A stretch of DNA of 34,165 nucleotides, taken from assembly GCF_018977255.1 (NCBI RefSeq), contig NW_024705568.1, positions 1-34,165 on the forward strand, read 5' to 3'. Source of the stretch: Callorhinchus milii (taxonomy: Eukaryota). Positions within the stretch are counted from its first letter, which is position 1; each line of letters begins with the position of its first letter. The notes beneath the pieces are model-generated. The model was not told where the DNA came from, did no database searches, and saw nothing but the letters and a program-made list of their open reading frames with translations. Positions 11,570-22,800 of this stretch are shown in pieces. Both the position numbers and the translations under genes were made by a program.

Positions 11570-13735
11570 TGGATGAGATATTGAGCAGGAGAGTCGCAAA
11601 CCAAGATTTTAAATTTAAAACTTTATGGCAAACTTTGAAGGGATGAGAAATAAATGAACTGCTAAACGGGGCTGAACTGTTAATGGGTAAACCCACAGAC
11701 ATATCGTGGGAAGTTTTCAAAGAAGAATTTAGTACAAAACAGAACCAGGCCATCCCCCAAACACAAACGCTCAACAGCCAGGCTCAACAAATGAGGTCAG
11801 AGGCAGCAACAAACTAAAAGAAAGGTTAACACGAACGGAAGAACAAGTAGAAATCTGGCGGCCTAGGAGACTTATAAAAAACAAGAAAGAGATACAAAGA
11901 AAGTAATGAGAGGTGCAAAGAGGGAATATGCAAGAGATATCAAGGGCAATAGTAAAAGTGTTTAGAAATATATTAAGAGAAAGAGAGTGGTAAAGTGGAA
12001 TGTGGGCCCCATTAAAGACAAATGTAGGTGAGACTATAATGGATAATAAGGATGGTAATGGAGAAAATAATGGGATTAAAGATAGACAAATCTCCAGGAA
12101 CTGGTGGATACCACTCCAGGGGATTAACAGAAGTAGGGGAGGAAATTGCAGATGTGTTAGTCATAATTTTCCAAAGCTCTACATTCACGAATTGTGCCCT
12201 TGAATTGGAGAATTGCAAATGTCACTCCATTATTTAAGAAGTGAGGGAGGGAGAAACCAGGTAACAGCAGACCTGTCAGCTTCACTTCAGCTGTGGGGAC
12301 GTTACTGGAATCTCTCATCAAGGACAGAGCGACTGAGCACTTGGACAAGTATGAGCTAATCAAAGAGTCAGCGTGAATTTGTGAGGGTAGGTCATGTCTG
12401 ACGAATCTGATTGAATATTTTAAGGAGGTCAATAACATGATGGTTAGAGAGTGTCTGTGGATGTCGTCTACAGAAGGAATTTGATAAGGTTCTGAATAAG
12501 AGATTATTAGCAAAAATAAAAGCACATGGAATGGGAGGTAAACTTGCCATGTGGCTTGGTATTTGGTTAGGAGGCAGGAAACAGAGAGTAAGGATAAAAG
12601 GAACGTGGTCTGATTGGCGGGATGTGACTAGTGATGTTCTCCAGGGGTCTGTACTGTGGCCTCACCATACACATATATAAATGTCTTTGATGAAGGAATA
12701 GAGAGTTTTATAGCAAAATTTGCAGCTGACACAAAGTTAGGAGGCTCAGTGTTTGGCCCATAAAATATGCAGTCAATTCACTTTACAGTATATTCTGAGA
12801 AGCACTTTGAGACATTTTGAAGATGTGATAAGGCACTACATCAAATGCAAGGGTTTTTATTATTATTAGATGGGTGCAGGAAGATGCAAAGGGACTTAGA
12901 TAGATTAAGTGAGTGGGCAAAACTGTGGCAGATAGAGTTCAACATGGGGAAGTGTGAGGTCATGGATCCCAAAATAGCAAAACAGAATATTTTGTAAATG
13001 GGGAGAAACCTCAGAACTATGGAGGAGCAAAGAGATTTGGGTGTATACGTACACAAATCACTAAAGACAAGCTCACAGGCACAAAACATTATCAAGAAGG
13101 CTAATAGGATGTTGGCCTTTTATCTCAAGGGGTTGGAATATAAAGGAGAGGAAATGAGACTTCAACTATACAGAGCCTTGGTCAGACCCCATATGGAGAC
13201 TGTGTTCAATTTTGGGCACCGCACCTCAGGAAGGATATATTGGCTCTGGAGAGGGTGCAACACAGATTCACCAGAATGATAGCAGGGCTGAAAGGATTAA
13301 ATTATGAGGGCAGGTTACATAAGCTTGGTCTCCATTCCCTTGAGTTTGGAAGGTTGAGGGATGATCTGATTGAGGTTTTTAAAATAATAAAGGCATTCGA
13401 TAGGGTAGCTACAGAGAAACTATTTCCTCTGGTGGGGAATCCAGGACAAGGGGCCAGAATATGAAAGTTAGTCCTGGGCCATTTAGGAGTGCATTTGGAA
13501 AGTGGTTTTTCACCAAAAAGGGCAGTGGAAATCAGGACCTCTCCCTCCAAAAAGGCTGTGGATGCTGGGATCCATTCACATCTCCAAGACGGAGATAGCT
13601 AGATATTTGTCAGGTTGGGGTATTAAGGGATATGGGGCAAGGGCAGGTAACTGGACTTGAGGTACAGATCAGCCATGATCTTATAGAATGGCAGAACAGG
13701 CTCGAGGGGCTGAATGGCCTCCTCCTGTTCCTATG
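11570..13735 (+). mobile_element. Old degenerate CR1-clade LINE (ORF2 remnant plus 3'UTR)
   Basis: Fragments KSPG.GG.H.R.L.EV.EEI, KFAADTKLGG, RDLGVYVH, LERVQHRFTRMI and RLRDDLIEVFKII. 3' end GGCTCGAGGGGCTGAATGGCCTCCTCCTGTTCCTATG. Many stops and frameshifts. Confidence 0.9.
12750..12868 (+). mobile_element. 5'-truncated SINE 3' fragment nested in the CR1
   Basis: CAGTCAATTCACTTTACAGT..TCAAATGCAAGG..(TTA)n matches the 3' third of the SINE at 10245. Confidence 0.8.
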
Positions 13736-13790
13736 AGAGTTTGTGAGAGAGGGACAGAGTGTGTGAATTATTTAGCTTGTGTTTTTGCAG

Positions 13791-13838
13791 GTCCTGCAGT
13801 GATGAAATCACTCACCATCCGGACACCAACTCAGCAAA
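13791..13838 (+). CDS. RBM39: Probable 48-nt coding exon (linker, [16 protein letters not shown]), phase 1/1
   Basis: Acceptor ttgtgtttttgcag|, donor AAA|gtcagt. It is a unique-sequence island between the CR1 tail and the CA array, and its phase fits the next exon. Protein similarity is weak. Confidence 0.55.
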
Positions 13839-16800
13839 GTCAGTCCATCTGCTGTTCTCTGTCTCTCCTGTGTGTCTCTCCTCCTTCTGTCAGTGTCTCA
13901 ATGCTCTCTCTGCCTCCGTCTCTCTCTCTCTCTTCTGTCTTTCTCTCTGTCTCTCTCTCAAACACACACACACTCTCTCAAACACACACTCTCTCAAACA
14001 CACACATACTCTCTCAAACACACACTCTCTCAAACACCCACACACTCAAACACACACACTCAACCACATACACATCCTCACACACACTCTCAAACACACA
14101 CACACTCTCAAACACACACACACTCTCAAACACACACAAACTCCTCTTTCTCACACACACTCTCATCACACACACAATCTCTCTCAAACACACACACTCA
14201 AACACACACACACACTCAAACACACACGCTCTCAAACACACACACGCTCAAACACACACAAACTCCTCTCTCAAACACACACTCTCATCACACACACAAT
14301 CTCTCTGAAACACACACGCTCTCAAACACACACACACTCAAACACACACACTCAAACACACACACTCAAACACACACACTCAAACACACACTCTCAAACA
14401 CACACACAAAGACACACACACAATCTCTCTCTCAAACACACAAACACTCTCAAACAGACACTCAAACACACACACAATTTCTCGCAAACACACACTCTCA
14501 AACACACACACACTCTCAAACACACACACTATCTCTCTCAAACACACACATTCTCTTTCAAACACACACACGCTCTCTCTCAAACACACACTCTCTCAAA
14601 CACACACATACTCTCTCAAACACACACTCTCTCAAACACCCACACACTCAAACACACACACTCAACCACATACACATCCTCACACACACTCTCAAACACA
14701 CACACACTCTCAAACACACACACAAAGACACACACACAATCTCTCAAACACACAAACACTCTCAAACAGACACTCAAACACACACACAATCTCTCTCAAA
14801 CACACACACACACTCTCAAACACACACACACTCTCTCAAACACACACTATCTCTCTCAAACACACACATTCTCTTTCAAACACACACACGCTCTCTCTCA
14901 AACACACACGCACTCTCACCCACACACGCACTCTCACACGCACTCTCAAACACACACGCACTCTCACCCACACACGCACTCTCAAACACACACACACTCT
15001 CAAACACACACACTCTCTCAAACACACACACTATCTCTCTCAAACACACACATTCTCTTTCAAACACACACACGCTCTCTCTCAAACACACACACACTCT
15101 CAAACACACACACACTCTCAAACACACGCACACTCTCAAACACACACACACTCTCAAACACACACACACTCTCTCAAACACACACACTATCTCTCTCAAA
15201 CACACACATTCTCTTTCAAACCCACACACGCTCTCTCTCAAACACACACACACTCTCAAACACACACACACTCTCAAACACACACACACTCTCAAACACA
15301 CACACACTCTCAAACACACTCTCACACACATTCACAAACACACACATTCACAAACACACACACAAAGACACACACACAATCTCTCTCTCAAACCCACAAA
15401 CACTCTCAAACAGACACTCAAACACACACACAATCTCTCTCAAACACACACACACACTCAAACACACACACACTCAAACACACACTCTCAAACACACACA
15501 CAAAGACACACACACAATCTCTCAAACACACACACACTCTCTCAAACACACACACACTCTCTCAAACACACACACTATCTCTCTCAAACACACACATTCT
15601 CTTTCAAACACACACACGCTCTCTCTCAAACACACACACACTCTCAAACACACACACACTCTCAAACACACGCACACTCTCAAACACACACACTATCTCT
15701 CTCAAACACACACACTATCTCTCTCAAACACACACACACTCTCAAACACACACACACTCTCAAACACACTCTCACACACATTCACAAACACACATTCACA
15801 AACACACACACAAAGACACACACACAATCTCTCTCAAACACACTCAAACACACACACACTCAAACACACACACTCAAACACACACACTCTCAAACACACA
15901 CACTCTCAAACACACACACAAAGACACACACACAATCTCTCAAACACACAAACACTCTCAAACAGACACTCAAACACACACACAATCTCTCTCAAACACA
16001 CACACACACTCTCAAACACACACACACTCTCTCAAACACACACACTATCTCTCTCAAACACACACACACACTCTCAAACACACACACACTCTCTCAAACA
16101 CACACTATCTCTCTCAAACACACATTCTCTTTCAAACACACACACGCTCTCTCTCAAACACACACACACTCTCAAACACACACACACTCTCAAACACACG
16201 CACACTCTCAAACACACACACACTCTCAAACACACACACTCTCAAACACACACACACTCTCTCAAACACACACACACTCTCTCAAACACACACACTATCT
16301 CTTTCAAACACACACGCTCTCTCTCAAACACACACACACTCTCAAACACACGCACACTCTCTCAAACACACACACTATCTCTCTCAAACACACACACTAT
16401 CTCTTTCAAACACACACGCTCTCTCTCAAACACACACACACTCTCAAACACACACACACTCTCTCAAACACACACACTATCTCTCTCAAACACACACATT
16501 CTCTTTCAAACACACACACGCTCTCTCTCAAACACACACACACTCTCAAACACACACACACTCTCAAACACACACACACTCTCAAACACACACACACTCT
16601 CAAACACACTCACACACATTCACAAACACACACATTCACAAACACACACAAAGGCACACACACAATCTCTCTCTCAAACCCACAAACACTCTCAAACAGA
16701 CACTCAAACACACACACAATCTCTCTCAAACACACACACACACACTCAAACACACACACTCTCAAACACACACACAAAGACACACAATCTCTCAAACACA

Positions 16801-19800
16801 CAAACACTCTCAAACAGACACTCAAATACACACACAATCTCTCTCAAACACACACACACACTCTCAAACACACACACACTCTCTCAAACACACACACTAT
16901 CTCTCTCAAACACACACACGCTCTCTCTCAAACACACACACACTCTCAAACACACACACACTCTCAAACACACGCACACTCTCAAACACACGCACACTCT
17001 CAAACACACACACTCAAACACACACACACTCTCAAACACACTCACACACATTCACAAACACACACATTCACAAACACACACACACAAACTCTCTCAAACA
17101 GACAAACACTCTCTCAAACAGACACTCAAACACACACAGTCTCTCTCAAACACACACACACTCTCAAACACACACACACACTCTCAAACACACACACTAT
17201 CTCTCTCAAACACACACATTCTCTTTCAAACACAAACACCTCTCTCACACACACTATCTCTCTCAAACACACACACACACTCTCTCAAACACACACACTT
17301 CTCTCTCACACACACTCTCAAACACACAATCGCAAACACACACATTCTCAAACACACACACACTCTCAAACACAAACGCTCAAACACACACACTCAAACA
17401 CACACTCTCAAACACGCACACACTCCGTCAAACACACACTCTCTCAAACATACACACTCTCTCAAACACACACGCTCTCTCAAACATACACTTTCTCAAA
17501 CACACACACACTCTCAAACACACACACACTCTCAAACACACACACAAACAAGCACTCAAACACATACACATCCTCACACACACACTCTCAAACACACACA
17601 CACTCTCAAACACACACACGCTCACACACACACGCTCAAACACACACACGCTCAAATACACACACACTCCTCTCTCTCACACACACACACTCTCATCACA
17701 CACACAACACACACAAACACATCTCAAACACACAAACACACACACTCAAACACACACTCTCAAACACACACACACTCTCTCAAACATACACGCTCTCTCA
17801 AACACACACTTTCTCAAACACACACACACACACTCTCAAACACACACACACTCTCAAACACACACAATCTCTCTCAAACACACACATTCTCTTTCAAACA
17901 CAAAAACACCTCTCTCACACACACTATCTCTCTCAAACCCACACACACTCTCTCTCAAACACACAGCTCTCTCAAACACACACACACTCTCTCAAACACA
18001 CATACACACTCAAACACACTCTCAAACACACACTCTCAAACACACACACTCTCTCACACACACAATCTCTCAAACACACACACACTCAAACACACACACT
18101 CTCAAACACACACTCTCACACACACTCACAAACACACACTCACAAACACACACACAATCTCTCTCTCAAACTCACACTCTTTCAAACACACACACACAGT
18201 ATCTCTCTTAAACGCACTCTCAAACACACACACACTTCTCTCTCACACACACTCTCAAACACACATACACACTCAAACACACTCTCAAACACACATTCTC
18301 TCACACACACACTCTCATCACACACACAATCTCTCTCAAACACACACTCAAACACACACACTCTCAAATACACACACACAATCTCTCAAACTCACACACT
18401 CTTTCAAACACACACACACACACTATCTCTCTTAAACGCACTCTCTCTGAAACACACACACTCTCAAACACACACACTCTCAAACACACACACTCTCAAA
18501 CACACACACACATTCTCAAAAACACACTCACCCTCAAACACACACACTCAAACACACACACTCTCAACCACACACTCAAACACACACACACTCCGTCAAA
18601 CACACACTCTCTCAAACACACACACACTCTCAAACACACACACACTCTCAAACACACACACACACTCAAACACACACACTCAAACACACACAAACTCCTC
18701 TCACACACACACTCATCACACACACAATCTCTCAAACACACACACACAATCTCTCTCAAACACACAAACACTCTCTCAAACAGAAACTCAAACACACACT
18801 CAAACACATACACATCCTCACACACACACTCTCAAACACACACACACTCTCAAACACACACACGCTCACACACACACGCTCAAATACACGCACACTCCTC
18901 TCTCACACACACACTCTCATCACACACACAATCTGTCTCAAACACACACACACACTCTCAAACACAAACGCTCAAACACACATACTCAAACACACTCTCA
19001 AACACACACACACTCTCAAACATACACGCTCTCTCAAACACACACTTTGTCAAACACACACACAATCTCTCTCAAACACACACACACTCAAACACATACA
19101 CTCAAACACACACTCACAAACACACACAATCTCTCTCTCAAACTCACACACTCTTTCAAACACACACACACTATCTCTCTTAAACGCACTCTCAAACACA
19201 CACACACTTCTCTCTCACACACACACTCTCAAACACACATACACACTCAAACACACTCAAACACACACATTCTCTCACACACACACTCTCATCACACACA
19301 CATTCTCTCTCAAACACACACTCAAACACACACACTCTCAAACACACACTTTCTCAAACACACACTCTCTCAAACACACACTCTCTCAAACACACACACT
19401 CTCAAACACACACACTCTCAAATACACACGCGCTCTCCCAAACACACACTCTCTCAAACACACACACTCTCCCAAACACACACACTCTCACACACACACA
19501 CTCATCACACACACAATCTCTCTCAAACACACGCACACTCAAATACACACACTCTCAAACACACACACTTCTCTCTCACACACACTCTCTCAAACAGACT
19601 CGCAAACACACACGCTCTCCCAAACACACACACCGTGAAATACACACGCACACCTCTAACACTCCTCTCTCACACACACCTCTCTCACACACACTCGCAA
19701 ACACACTCTCAAACACACACACTCTCAAACACACACACACTCTCAAACACACACACACTTTCTCAAATGCACACTCTCTCTCTGTCAAAGCTCACGGAGA

Positions 19801-22800
19801 GGTTGTGGGTAAACTTGTGAAGGACCCCCCTCCCCGACCACTGCCATCTCAATGCATCCAACTGTCTAACCTCCTCCATCCCCTTCAATGAGTCAGCCCC
19901 CCCCCCCCCGCGCATCCCCCCAACCTCCACACACGAACACTCAATCACACACTCTCAAACACACACACTCTCTCTCTCAACCACACAATCTCTGTCTCTT
20001 ACTCATTCTCTCTCTCTCTCACAGCTCAGGGAGAGGTTGTGGGGATACCTGTGAACGACCTCCCTCCCCGACCACTGTCATCTCAGTGCATCCAACTGTC
20101 TAACCTCCTCCATCCTCTTCAGTGAGTCAGCCCCCCCACCCCGCGCACACCCACCCCGCAACCCCCCCTGCACACCCGACCCCGCAACCTCCCCCGCACA
20201 CACGCCCCGCACACAAACCCCCCTGCACACACACCTCCCCCGCACACAATCCCCGCGCATCGTCCGCGCACCCCCCCCCCCGCAATCCCCCCGCGCACAC
20301 ACCTACCCAGCACACACACACCCGCACACCCCCTTCACACCCCCCACCCTGCACACTCCCCCGCACACAACACCCCCGCACCCACCCACACCTGCACACA
20401 CTCCCCCCTGCACACCCCCCCTGCTTACACACACAACCCCGAACGCACACACATCTCTCCCTGCACAGCCTCAAATCTCCCCCACTCCACACCCACTTCC
20501 TGCCATGCACACAGACACCTCCCCCTACACACACCTCCCCCCCTGCACACACAACAACAAGATTCCATTTATAAAGCGCCTTTCACGTCAGGAGGACGTC
20601 CCAAGGCGCTGCACAGTTGGGTCATGACCCGAGCATTGGGGGGAAATGGTCAGGGTGAGGGGAGGGAAGGGAGGGAGGGAGGAGTGGGGAAATGGTCAGG
20701 GTGAGGGGAGGGAAGGGAGGGAGGGAGGAGTGGGGAAATGGTCAGGGTGAGGGGAGGGAGCGAGGAGGGGGGAAATGGTCAGGGTGAGGGGAGGGAAGGG
20801 AGGGAGCGAGGAGGGGGGAAATGGTCAGGGTGAGGGAAGGGAGGGAGCGAGGAGGGGGAAGAGAGTCGAGAGGAGAGCTGAAGGCACGGTCAAAGAGAAA
20901 GGTTTTGAGACCGGCCTTGAAGGAGGAAAGGGAGGAAGCGGCGAAGGCACTGGGGGATGGAGTTCCAGAGCCTCGGGGCTGAGAGGCTGAAGGCCCGACC
21001 ACCGATGGTAGGGCGGTTGGGGCGGGGGACGTGGAGCAGACCGGAGCCAGAGGAACGGAGGGTACGGGCAGGTAGGTAGGGGGATAGTAGGTTGGAGAGG
21101 TAGGAGGGAGCAAGGCCGTGAATGGCCTTGTAGGTGAGGATGAGGATCTTGAAATCAATCCTCTGGGGGATGGGGAGCCAGTGGAGGCGAGCGAGGGTGG
21201 GAGTGATGTGGTCCCGAAGCCTGGTGCGGGACAGTACACGAGCTGCAGAGTTCTGAATGACCTGCAGCTTGTGGAGGGAGGTGGCGGGAAGGCCGGCGAG
21301 GAGAGAGTTCCCATAGTCCAGCCTTGAGGTGACAAAGGCGTGAACCAGGGTTTCAGCAGCGTGAGGGGTGAGGTAATGCCGTAGTCTGGCGATGTTCCGG
21401 AGGTGATGGAAGGCGGTGCCAGTTGTGGTGCGGATGTGAGGGAGAAAGGACAGCTCAGGGTCGAACAAAACGCCGAGGTTCCTGACTGGCTTTGAGAGGT
21501 GGAGAGTGCAGCCTTGGATGCTGATGGTGTCAGCGCCTGAGGTGCGGAGGCGCTGACGTGAGCCAATCAGGAGGGCCTCGGTTTTTCGCACGTTGAGCTG
21601 AAGAAAGTTGTCTCTCGTCCAGGACTCGATGTCGGACAGGCAGCTGTCAGGACATCGGTGGTCGTGGAGTTGAGAGTAGAGGAGGAAAGGTAGAGTTGGG
21701 TGTCATCCGCATACATGTGGAAGTTAACCCATGTCTGCGGATGATGTCACCAAGGGGGAGCATATAGAGGGTGAAGAGGAGGGGACCGAGGACAGAGCCC
21801 TGAGGGACACCACATGAGACAGTACGGGGGGTGGAGGAGAAGCCATTCGTCGAGACAAAGTGAAGACGGTGAGAAAGGTACGACCTAAACCATTCAAGGA
21901 CAGTGCCTTGAAGGTTGAGGTGGGAGGACAAGCGGTGGAGTAGGATAGCGTGGTCGACCGTATCGAATGCTGCCGATAGGTCGAGGAGGACGAGGAGACA
22001 GAGGGAGCCCTGGTCACAGATGGTCAGGATATCATTGGTGACCTTGACCAGGGCAGTTTCTGTGCTAGGGCAGCACGGAAACCTGACTGAAGGGGTTCGA
22101 AAAGAGAATGGGTGGAAAGGAAAGAGCGCAGTTGGGAGGCGACAACTCTTTCCAAGACCTTGGAGAGAAAGGGGAGGTTGGAGATGGGCCGGTAGCTTGA
22201 TAGCTGCGACGCATCAAGGGAGGGTTTTTTCAGGGTGGGCGTGATGATGGCAGTTTTTAATGGAATGGGGACAGAGCCAGAGGAGAGGGACAGGTTGATG
22301 ATGTCAGTGATATGTGGGGCAAGAAAGTGGAGCTGGGAGATAAGGAGTGGAGTGGGGATGGGGTCAAGGGAGCAGGTGGTTGGTTTTAGGGATAGGATGA
22401 GTTCAGTGACAGAGGGTGGGGAAACGGGTACGAAGGTGTGTAGGGGAGGATGGGTAGGAGTCGGAGTGTGGGAGGGAAGGGGTGGGTGGTGGGTGGAAGT
22501 TGGAGGGGAAGTGACCGCGGAGCGGATTCCCTTGATCTTGGATTCAAGGAAATCCAGCATCTCCTCGCAGTGAAGGTTGGAGGAGATGACCTGCGCGGGG
22601 TGGCGGGGGGACGGAGGAGTCGGGTTGTGGTGGAAAACAGTAGCCTGGGGTTGTTCTTCGCCTCCAGGATTATCCTGGAGTAGAAGGACGACTTGGCCGA
22701 GGCTAGAGTGGAGCGGTAAATTTTGAGGAGGTCCAGCCAGATTTGTCGGTGGACCGTTAGGCCAGATTTGACACAGGTGCGTTCAGCAGCCCGCACCTGG

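Noticed and set aside
2661..11599. Multiple long minus-strand HTLSHT-type ORFs
   Set aside because: They are the reverse complement of the TG/GA satellite, with no domain content or splice structure.
1..13790. Further upstream RBM39-like exons (RRM1/RRM2)
   Set aside because: All non-satellite sequence here is explained by L2, SINE or CR1. No RRM-like peptide was found, so those exons presumably lie outside the window.
13759..19820. 1558-aa and 1982-aa His/Thr/Ser/Leu/Lys-rich ORFs
   Set aside because: They are translations of the CA/CT array, which rarely forms stop codons. Overlapping frames are open at once and the region lies in an intron.
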